Origin: an uncultured Bacteroidales bacterium
GTDB lineage: Bacteria; Bacteroidota; Bacteroidia; Bacteroidales; UBA4417
DNA: 64,000 nt
Direction of reading: 5' to 3'
Assembly: GCA_963802185.1 (NCBI GenBank)
Contig: CAWDHU010000015.1
Span: forward strand, 592,876-656,875
In this document: positions 54,669-62,515 of the stretch, piece by piece
Layout of the letters: every line of letters begins with the position of its first letter
Position numbering within the stretch: the first letter of the stretch is position 1
Translations under genes and position numbers: made by a program
The notes under the pieces: model-generated
Seen by the model: the letters and a program-made list of their open reading frames with translations, nothing else
What the model was told of the DNA's origin: nothing
Databases searched by the model: none

Positions 54669-54884
54669 ATGAGTATCGGGAATCATTAATAAAATGATTA
54701 TTAGCGAACAAATAATACCCCTCCGCCTGTCGGCACCTCCCCTAAATTTAGGGGAGGCAGATTTTACAAACAGAATTGCAGTCTTTTAAGTTTGTACAAT
54801 TCAACTCCCTCCCTATTTTTTAGGGAGGGTTGGGGAGGGTACATTACAAAAAAGAACAAATTGTTAATCTATCCCGATACTCAT
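54669..54884. repeat. 216-bp MITE-like element bounded by 13-bp perfect inverted repeats, with two internal G/C-tract hairpins
   Basis: ATGAGTATCGGGA at 54669-54681 and its exact reverse complement TCCCGATACTCAT at 54872-54884. The internal hairpins are CCTCCCCTAAA/TTTAGGGGAGG (54736-54757) and CCCTCCCTA-ttttt-TAGGGAGGG (54807-54829). Confidence 0.6.
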
Positions 54885-54991
54885 ATTATTTTATTCATCA
54901 TAAAAAGTTGTATCCTTTAATGATCGATTAAAAAATGAATGCTGAACAATTTGCAAAAGTCTATGAATAATGTATTTATGTAATTAAATAA

Positions 54992-55022
54992 AAGAGAGCC
55001 TCATCGCACATGAGGCTCTCTT
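54992..55022 (-). terminator. Rho-independent terminator of the Gly-capped lipoprotein gene
   Basis: AAGAGAGCCTCAT-cgcac-ATGAGGCTCTCTT (13-bp stem). The minus-strand downstream sequence is U-rich (uuauuuaauu). Confidence 0.7.
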
Positions 55023-55056
55023 GAAAAATAATTGTTTTTTGTAGTAGAGATGAAGT

Positions 55057-56091
55057 CTAGCGTCCTTTACCTCCTTTACCTCCTCCACCTCCGCCACCTG
55101 CTGCGCCAACAGTTACATCAATATAGGTGAGGTTATTTACAGGATCAATAAAAGGTTTTCCTCCACTTCCTTCTGTGGGTATAGTAAAAGTGCCGTCCAG
55201 TGTATTCCCGGCATAATTTCCTATTTGTGTGTCACTTGTTAGAAGGATATTGGATCCGTTTGTTGGAATATAGAATGTTATCCTGTATACACCGGCGACT
55301 GTCGGTTTCCATCCGCCTGTGGATGCTCCATAAATGTATTTGCCGCCTACATTCAGTTCAGGTGCAAAACCAAAACCAGTGGCCGGGGGCCCTACAGTAG
55401 AGCCTGTCCACACTTTGTTTGTAGCATCCCATACGAGATCTGAAGTTGTTCCCCCTAAAGGCTGTATTACCAATTTTGGTGCTGATGAAACAAGTGTAGC
55501 CCAACCAGCAACATAGGTTTGACAATTGGTTCCCTGTGTCTCATCTTTACTGCTTGGGTTTGCCAGCAGGGCCATCGTGAAACCTCTCATGACGTCACCC
55601 GAAACATCCTTATACAGGGTTAACTCAACCCTCGTGGGTGTATTGATTTTCGGGTTTACAGATTCAAGCACATCCCCCCAGTCGATAAAAGTGACATCTG
55701 TTGGTGCGCTTTTATTGGAATAATTGGCCTGCCATTTATTGCCTGTTACCTTTTGGGCATACCAGGTATAGCCTGTCAGAGCAGCAAGTTCTTCTGCAGA
55801 CAAACCAGTATATAAACCAGTATATGGAACTAAAAAAGAAAATTGTGCCTCAGGAATTTCCTGAATTGTAAAACCATCCATCGCAAATACAGGGAACGAT
55901 AAATTATTACCAGCGGTCTCAATTTCTCCTCCACCACCACCTCCGCCCTTTCCTCCTCCTCCGGCACCGCCGCTACCGGGTCCTTTTTTAACAACATAAT
56001 CCGTTTCCGGATTGGATAGATCTTTACTGCATTGAACAAAGAATACCATACTGATGCAAAGTAATGGTATTGCAAACATTTTTTTAATCAT
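55057..56091 (-). CDS. Lipoprotein of unknown function flanked by poly-Gly/Lys tracts
   Basis: Lipobox-like FFVQC|SKD, then GPGSGGAGGGGKGGGGGGGE, a globular region of about 270 aa, and a C-terminal GAAGGGGGGGKGGKGR. Confidence 0.7.
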   Translation of the reverse strand: MIKKMFAIPLLCISMVFFVQCSKDLSNPETDYVVKKGPGSGGAGGGGKGGGGGGGEIETAGNNLSFPVFAMDGFTIQEIPEAQFSFLVPYTGLYTGLSAEELAALTGYTWYAQKVTGNKWQANYSNKSAPTDVTFIDWGDVLESVNPKINTPTRVELTLYKDVSGDVMRGFTMALLANPSSKDETQGTNCQTYVAGWATLVSSAPKLVIQPLGGTTSDLVWDATNKVWTGSTVGPPATGFGFAPELNVGGKYIYGASTGGWKPTVAGVYRITFYIPTNGSNILLTSDTQIGNYAGNTLDGTFTIPTEGSGGKPFIDPVNNLTYIDVTVGAAGGGGGGGKGGKGR

Positions 56092-56190
56092 AATAACCCC
56101 CTTTTTTAAAGTTGATAATAATTGATAAATAGTAGGTTAATTAATGAGAGTAAACACATCCGCCAGCATACGATAGTTCTAAAGTTTGTT

Positions 56191-56703
56191 TCAGATCGGA
56201 ATAAATTTCAGCAATGTATTAATCAGCGGATGATAGGGAGTATAAAAAGAGAAGTCCCTTGCCAAGGAATAGGATGATCTTTTCAGTTGTTTCCTGGCAA
56301 AGAAGCATATTGGGAAACACATCCTGATGTTTTTACTTAAAGTCGTTGAAAAACGATTGATTCTTTTATAAACTTTAAGATTGGTGAGACACACAATATA
56401 CTTGTGTGAAAGATCAGGATGTGTGTGGAAAGCACCTGTAGCCCAAATGCAGATATAGGTGTGAGCCAAAATGGCAAAACATATAGTCTTTGCAATGAGA
56501 TTATGATCTCTTTGAGCAATAAATCTATAATAAGGATTCAGGAAATATTCGCTTTTGGCGTATATATTGGCAAAATGATAAGATAGATGCTGATCAGATT
56601 TGGATAGATTCTGGGATAAGCACAACACTGCATAGCAGGTAAGTTTCAATTCTTGCCTGGACTCTGGATAATAGATCCAACATTTTCCCGGATAGCGTTT
56701 CAT
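56191..56703 (-). CDS. Hypothetical protein (orphan ORF in an AT-rich region)
   Basis: A 170-codon open frame in AT-rich DNA is unlikely by chance, but the Cys/Tyr/His/Lys-rich composition matches no family I recognise. Confidence 0.3.
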   Translation of the reverse strand: MKRYPGKCWIYYPESRQELKLTCYAVLCLSQNLSKSDQHLSYHFANIYAKSEYFLNPYYRFIAQRDHNLIAKTICFAILAHTYICIWATGAFHTHPDLSHKYIVCLTNLKVYKRINRFSTTLSKNIRMCFPICFFARKQLKRSSYSLARDFSFYTPYHPLINTLLKFIPI

Positions 56704-57006
56704 GATTGAATGAAAAATTTATGAAAGATTATCCCAATATATGTTTCTGCTTTATACCAGTTGTCCTAGTTTTGGATGATAGTCTGAAAGATTTAAATAT
56801 CTGTTTTTAGTAGTGGTTAAACATCAGTTAAATAATTTTTGCAAAACAAATTATCAGTCATTAAAGTTACGAATAAATATTAAAAATTCATACATATGTT
56901 GATTTTTTTTTCATTAGTGACTATTGGTTTACATGAAAAATCATCCTTTCTACTTAGGTAAAAGGGCTTTTTGTTTAAATCATTTTTTTTCTGCATATCA
57001 TCAAAA

Positions 57007-57014
57007 TAACTTTG
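57007..57014 (+). promoter_or_regulatory. Bacteroidota -7 promoter box TAACTTTG
   Basis: Exact TAnnTTTG match 72 nt upstream of the ATG at 57087. Confidence 0.35.
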
Positions 57015-57086
57015 TAATATAGAATAACAAATAGAAATGAGAGATTGGTCTTCAACAAACTGATTAATATCAAAAATATCAATACG

Positions 57087-57326
57087 ATGAAAATAAGAAA
57101 AAATATAGCCACAAGCGAAGAAGGATTTGTTTTCAATCCTGCAACAGGTGATTCGTTTACAACAAACCCCATTGGAGCTGAAATTATCACTTTGCTTAAA
57201 GAAGATCTCGATATGAAAGCGATCAGAGACCAGATATGTGAGAAGTACGACGTTGATGAAGTGCAGTTTGAAAGAGATTTCGATGACTTCGTTTCACTGT
57301 TAATAGAAGCATTCATACTCGAATAG
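57087..57326 (+). CDS. PqqD-family small protein (RiPP-recognition-element-like peptide chaperone)
   Basis: 79 aa from the ATG at 57087. KNIATSEEGFVFNPATGDSFTTNPIGAEIITLL...DVDEVQFERDFDDFVSLL follows the PqqD pattern of a beta-strand start followed by helices. Confidence 0.65.
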   Translation: MKIRKNIATSEEGFVFNPATGDSFTTNPIGAEIITLLKEDLDMKAIRDQICEKYDVDEVQFERDFDDFVSLLIEAFILE

Positions 57327-57474
57327 TATTTTGAGATTGGTGGCAGGAGAAGGATTTGTTTGAAAAACGAAAAAATCAGATCCAAAAACCGGATCTGTTT
57401 AACAAAGACATTTTTTAAGCAAAAGAGCTCAAAACTAAATCTGATATTTTATTAACCTGTTTAATCCATTTGCC

Positions 57475-58275
57475 ATGAAAAGACCAACGTTAATTATTCT
57501 ATTTTTTATTTTTCTTTCGATCAGATCTTCGGCCCAGATAACCCTGGAAAATACATATACAGGAGTTTCTGCAGCTTACATTCATCTCCCGGTTGCCGGT
57601 TACAAATATTATGTTATGGATGTAGCTAACAGCCAGTGCAGGATGTATAACAACGATCATTCGCTATGGAAAACCATTAATCTGAGTATCCCGGCCGGCT
57701 ATTACCTGTGCGACATACAATTTGTTACCGAAGATCTGTTTAATTCCGACAACCTGGTTGAGATGCTTTATGTGTCGTATAATTATAATACAACTCTTAA
57801 ATACTACACATACGATACCCGGATTGTTAATGAAAACGGAACACCAATATTGAGTATGCCTTACGCTGGTTATTCATATATATATCCGGCAGAAACCGGT
57901 TCAAAATTATTTATGTGGATTTATGACTTTTCCATATTTCCTGAAACTGTAAATACAATGGTTTATTCTATTCCGGGGAAACTAAATACGACAATAACCA
58001 AGTTGCCTGAAAACTTAAAAGCTGCGCAATTGAGTGCATACCCGAATCCAGCAACCAACGAGGTTACAATACCTTATTCATTGCCTTCAAATGTAAAGCA
58101 AGCAGAATTGAAACTGTTTTCAATGAATGGAGTACTTATAAAGTCGTTTACAATTGATCATACTTTCAATTCACTCCTGGTGAAAACCGGCGATCTTCCC
58201 GCCGGGATGTATGTATACAGAATTGAGTCAAACACGTTTAAATCAGAATCATATAAACTGGCGGTCAATAATTGA
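57475..58275 (+). CDS. T9SS type A sorting-domain (Por_Secre_tail) cargo protein of unknown function
   Basis: Signal peptide (SSA|Q). The C-terminal 80 aa (SAYPNPATNEVTIPYSL...LKLFSMNGVLIKSF...LPAGMYVYRIES...YKLAVNN) is a typical type A CTD. Confidence 0.8.
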   Translation: MKRPTLIILFFIFLSIRSSAQITLENTYTGVSAAYIHLPVAGYKYYVMDVANSQCRMYNNDHSLWKTINLSIPAGYYLCDIQFVTEDLFNSDNLVEMLYVSYNYNTTLKYYTYDTRIVNENGTPILSMPYAGYSYIYPAETGSKLFMWIYDFSIFPETVNTMVYSIPGKLNTTITKLPENLKAAQLSAYPNPATNEVTIPYSLPSNVKQAELKLFSMNGVLIKSFTIDHTFNSLLVKTGDLPAGMYVYRIESNTFKSESYKLAVNN

Positions 58276-58419
58276 TTTATGAATAAATAGTAAAAGTTAA
58301 CTGAATTAAAGGCAATAAAATAACTGATTAAAGAAAGAAAAATTTAAAGGCAACCTTAAATCCAATCATTGAACAAGCTCCACATACATTGACTTTACAA
58401 CAGAAAAAAACAATTCCAA

Positions 58420-59496
58420 ATGAAAGCACAAGCCGAAAATACTGATAAATTCAAATTTAAAAAACTCGTAATCGCTGTTACCGGGCTTAATGCTATCGAC
58501 AGCCCAGGGCCAGGAGTGGCTGTAATACGTGCTATACGCGAATGTAATGACTATGAGGTTCGCATAATCGGGCTTTCGTACGAATCTCTTGAGCCGGGGT
58601 CGTATATGCATGATATGATTGACAAAACCTACCAGATTCCTTATCCGTCAGCTGGTACCGATGCTTTGCTGGGTCGGCTGATGTATATTCATGAACGCGA
58701 GAAAATTGATCTGATCATTCCGAATTTTGATTCTGAGCTTTTTAATTTTATTAAATTGAGAGATAAACTAAGCCAATCAGGCATTCGCACTTTCCTGCCT
58801 GATCTGGATAAGTTCGAAGCCCGCGATAAAGTAAAATTATCAGAGTTTGGCAAAAAAAATGGATTAATGGTGCCTGAGGATAAAATTCTTCATGAGGCTA
58901 AAGATCTCGAAGAAACAGCCAAAAAATTTGGGTACCCTATGGTAATAAAAGGCAAATTCTATGATGCCGTTATTGTGAATACACTTGAGCAGGCTCAAAA
59001 GGCCTTTTACAAGATTCAGTCTAAATGGGGCTTACCAATAATCGTCCAGGAATTTATTAAAGGTACTGAAATCGATATCGCTGCTTTAGGTGATGGAGAA
59101 GGAAATGCAATTAGTGTGATCCCCATGAGGAAACTCTACATTACTGATAGAGGTAAAGCATGGTCGGGTATTACGATTGATGATTCATCATTTATTGAAC
59201 TTGCCCGTAAATTCGTTGAAGTAACAAGATGGCGGGGTGGATGTGAACTTGAAATTATGCAGTCGGATGATGGGAAATCCTATATTATGGAAGTCAATCC
59301 CCGGTTTCCTGCCTGGATTTATCTGACAGCAGCAGCAGGACAAAACCAGCCGGCATCGCTGGTGAAGATGGCTATGGGTCAAAAAGTTGAACCTTTCACG
59401 GAATATGAAGTAGGTAAAATTTTTATACGGTACTCCTGGGATCTGATTACCGATGTCAGTGAATTTCAGAAGCTTTCGGGTACGGGAGAGCTCTAG
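58420..59496 (+). CDS. ATP-grasp domain carboxylate-amine ligase
   Basis: Pre-ATP-grasp N-terminus (LVIAVTGLNAIDSPGPGVAVIRAI), GYPMVIKGKFYDA, IVQEFIKGTEIDIAAL and MEVNPRFPAW. Confidence 0.8.
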   Translation: MKAQAENTDKFKFKKLVIAVTGLNAIDSPGPGVAVIRAIRECNDYEVRIIGLSYESLEPGSYMHDMIDKTYQIPYPSAGTDALLGRLMYIHEREKIDLIIPNFDSELFNFIKLRDKLSQSGIRTFLPDLDKFEARDKVKLSEFGKKNGLMVPEDKILHEAKDLEETAKKFGYPMVIKGKFYDAVIVNTLEQAQKAFYKIQSKWGLPIIVQEFIKGTEIDIAALGDGEGNAISVIPMRKLYITDRGKAWSGITIDDSSFIELARKFVEVTRWRGGCELEIMQSDDGKSYIMEVNPRFPAWIYLTAAAGQNQPASLVKMAMGQKVEPFTEYEVGKIFIRYSWDLITDVSEFQKLSGTGEL

Positions 59497-59742
59497 GCTT
59501 AAACTAATTTTCAATACACATATTTTATAACTGGCATCAAATTACCTGGAAAACCGGAGAAGAATACGTGCAAAAAATACTTTTAAAAACAAGGAAACAT
59601 ATTGTTTGACATAACAGAAAAATGTAATCTCAATGATCCGGGAAATAATGCAGCTGTAAGTAAAACATGCACTTATAGCAGATAACAAACAAAGTAGGGT
59701 ATGTAGCATGTGCTTACCCAAAATGATTTAAAATTAAACGTT

Positions 59743-60477
59743 ATGAAAAATCACGGCTTTAAAATGTTGCTTCTGATCATAGCTATGATCGGATCAATGC
59801 AGTTAGTAAGTTGTTCGAAAGACAATACCGAGAATTATGTGGCTGCAGATGACGAAACTGCTGCCCTGGTTGAGAAATCCTCCACAACCGGAAGAAATGC
59901 CAGCTGGCTGGGGGGTTGTATCAGTTCTCTCCCGTTGGAAGATTTGTCGGCTGAAGAAATTGAGGCACTCACTTTTATGCGTGAAGAAGAACTACTTGCA
60001 AAAGATGTATATGTTTTGTTCTCCACCATGTATAATATGCCGATTTTCACCAATATCTCCCTGAGCGAAACTCAGCATGCCCTGGCTGTTAAAAGATTAT
60101 TGCTCAGATATAACCTTCCTGATCCGGCTGAAAACCATGTTGCCGGTGAGTTTGAAAATCAAGATCTTACGGCATTGTATACCAGTCTTACAACGTTAGG
60201 CAGTACCTCGTTGGTTGATGCACTCTTTGTAGGCGCTACCATCGAAGATATGGATATTAATGACCTGCACACTCATATTGCTACGGATATCGATAACCTG
60301 GATATACTGTATGTATTCGGTAACCTCGAAAAAGGGTCACGTAATCACATGCGTTCTTTCTACAAACACTTGAAAGCAAAAGAGGTAATTTATGAGCCTC
60401 AGTATATCAGCCAGGAATATTTCGATGCTATAATTTCTTCTCCTCACGAAGCAGGGCGAAATGTTTGCCCGGAATAA
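59743..60477 (+). CDS. DUF2202 (ferritin-like) lipoprotein
   Basis: Lipobox LVSC|SKD from the ATG at 59743. LSAEEIEALTFMREEELLAKDVYVLF...SETQHALAVKRLL fits DUF2202 and its ferritin-like helices. Confidence 0.6.
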   Translation: MKNHGFKMLLLIIAMIGSMQLVSCSKDNTENYVAADDETAALVEKSSTTGRNASWLGGCISSLPLEDLSAEEIEALTFMREEELLAKDVYVLFSTMYNMPIFTNISLSETQHALAVKRLLLRYNLPDPAENHVAGEFENQDLTALYTSLTTLGSTSLVDALFVGATIEDMDINDLHTHIATDIDNLDILYVFGNLEKGSRNHMRSFYKHLKAKEVIYEPQYISQEYFDAIISSPHEAGRNVCPE

Positions 60478-60484
60478 CGATTAA

Positions 60485-60529
60485 AACCAGGGTGCGGTTG
60501 TATTTTCTCTGTTTGAATGCACCCTGGTT
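60485..60529 (+). terminator. Terminator-like hairpin after the DUF2202 gene
   Basis: AACCAGGGTGC ... GCACCCTGGTT (11-bp stem, 23-nt loop) followed by cTTTaTTcTT. Confidence 0.5.
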
Positions 60530-60668
60530 CTTTATTCTTGCCATTCAGATCAATAAAATAAAAGTTTAATAACAAGCAAAATTCAAAATCTTTCTACCTT
60601 TATGTATCAGATGTGATATACTGCAAGGAAGTTTCTCATTAAGAAAATTAATAACTACAAAGTAAATC

Positions 60669-62015
60669 ATGGATAAACTAAGATACGAAAGACCGATTAT
60701 TCAGAAAATGAGCACAGGGCTTATGAATAAATTCGGTACCCGGACGGAAAATATTCCTGTAACTCACATTGAGAGCATACCAGTAAGAAGTCTGATAAAT
60801 GAGTATGGTTCGCCATTATTTGTACTATCGGAAAAACAAATCAGGCGTAACATTCAGAATGCTAACCGGATTTTTAAAACCCGGTATCCCAAAGTTCAGT
60901 TTGCCTGGTCGTACAAAACAAATTATTTGGATGCCGTTTGCCGGATTTATCACCAGGAAGGCTCATGGGCGGAGGTGGTTTCAGGATTTGAATACGATAA
61001 AGCGATCAACAACGGCGTGCCGGGAAATAAAATCATTTTCAACGGGCCTGATAAAACCGATGAACAGCTTGTTGCTGCAGCACGCAATAATTCACTGATC
61101 CATATCGACCACTTCGACGAGCTCTATTCGTTAATCAAACTAAGTGAAGAAAACAAACTGAAACCGCGAGTAGCTATCCGTGTGAATATGGATACCGGTA
61201 TTTATCCCAAATGGGACAGGTTTGGTTTCAATTTCGAGAACGGGCAAGCCTGGACAGCTATTACCCGGATTATCAATTCTGAAAATCTTGACCTGGTAGG
61301 ACTTCATTGCCACATAGGTACATTCATGTTTGCCCCGTCGGCTTATACTACTGCAACCACCAAGATGTGTGAACTGACCTGGAGCATTAAAGAAAAGTAT
61401 AATAAAGTTCTTCAATACATTGACCTTGGCGGAGGTTTCCCATCAAGCAATACGCTGAAAGGTGCCTATTTACCGGGTTCTGATACTATTCCTTCCATCG
61501 ACCAGTTTGCCGATGCTATTACAGATGTAATTCTTAGGTATGGTTTCAAACAGGAAGACCTGCCTTTGTTGATTCTCGAATCAGGGCGTGCGCTTATTGA
61601 TGATGCCGGATTTCTGCTGGGAACTGTTCTGGCAAACAAACGGCTTTCGGATGGAAGAAGAGCAACTATACTCGATTTTGGCGTTAATACCCTTTTTACA
61701 GCATTTTGGTACGATCACCAGATAAGTACAACACAATCATATGGCCAGCACACTGAAGAAATGGTTTTATTTGGGCCGCTTTGTATGAATATTGACGTTA
61801 TACGTGAAAGCATTACCTTACCCCTGCTTGAAAAAGGAAATCATGTGGTAGTGCATAAAGTGGGCGCCTATAATATGACGCAATGGATGCAATTCATTAC
61901 ATTGCGGCCCAATATTGTTCTTATAGATAGTGAAAACAAAACTCATGTGATCCGTAATGCTGAAACACTTTCAACTATGCTTTCGAATGAGCAGATTCCT
62001 GACCATCTGAAATAG
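60669..62015 (+). CDS. Fold-type III PLP-dependent decarboxylase (Orn/DAP/Arg decarboxylase family)
   Basis: SYKTNY (PLP lysine), IDLGGGFP, ESGRALIDDAG and FGPLCMNIDV signatures. The substrate cannot be inferred. Confidence 0.8.
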   Translation: MDKLRYERPIIQKMSTGLMNKFGTRTENIPVTHIESIPVRSLINEYGSPLFVLSEKQIRRNIQNANRIFKTRYPKVQFAWSYKTNYLDAVCRIYHQEGSWAEVVSGFEYDKAINNGVPGNKIIFNGPDKTDEQLVAAARNNSLIHIDHFDELYSLIKLSEENKLKPRVAIRVNMDTGIYPKWDRFGFNFENGQAWTAITRIINSENLDLVGLHCHIGTFMFAPSAYTTATTKMCELTWSIKEKYNKVLQYIDLGGGFPSSNTLKGAYLPGSDTIPSIDQFADAITDVILRYGFKQEDLPLLILESGRALIDDAGFLLGTVLANKRLSDGRRATILDFGVNTLFTAFWYDHQISTTQSYGQHTEEMVLFGPLCMNIDVIRESITLPLLEKGNHVVVHKVGAYNMTQWMQFITLRPNIVLIDSENKTHVIRNAETLSTMLSNEQIPDHLK

Positions 62016-62144
62016 AATCTGGTAAATTTGCTATGAATCCCTGCGTTAGTCACTTAACCTGGAATCTGAAGTTGGCGGTAAATTTAAATGTGGCGATAAA
62101 ATCGGAATGTTGAATTTGTAAACTGAAGTATTAAATCATTTCAT

Positions 62145-62375
62145 ATGGAGATAGACAAAAATATAATTGCTGATACAGTAAAATGCGAAAAGAATTTTGA
62201 TTGTCTGACCGGCAATAACCATGTTTACTGCCAAGTAGAAAGTTGCATTAATAAAGAAGTTCATTTTATTGGATGTGTGGATAACTTAAATTGCAGTTAC
62301 AAAATGTTTTTTGGTGATTCATTTATTTGTACTTGTCCAACCAGAAAAGAAATCTTTAACAAGTATAGAATTTAG
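62145..62375 (+). CDS. Cys-rich mini-protein (76 aa, 8 Cys)
   Basis: Pattern C-x5-C-x8-C-x4-C-x9-C-x5-C-x11-C-x-C. It has no signal peptide and reads as a compact ORF. Confidence 0.5.
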   Translation: MEIDKNIIADTVKCEKNFDCLTGNNHVYCQVESCINKEVHFIGCVDNLNCSYKMFFGDSFICTCPTRKEIFNKYRI

Positions 62376-62515
62376 TACGAAAGAAATAATGTTGTTACGG
62401 ATATAAAAATTCAACAATTGAACAATGCAACATTTAAAACTTGAACGCCGCAGGCATTTAAACATAGAACCACATTAACCTATAACCCTTTGCATTCGCC
62501 CTTAACACTCCTTAT

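Noticed and set aside
56975-57385. 136-aa minus-strand ORF overlapping the PqqD-like gene.
   Set aside because: It is Ser/Ile/Phe/Leu-rich and low-complexity, and lies opposite a plus-strand ORF with a recognisable PqqD pattern and a promoter box.
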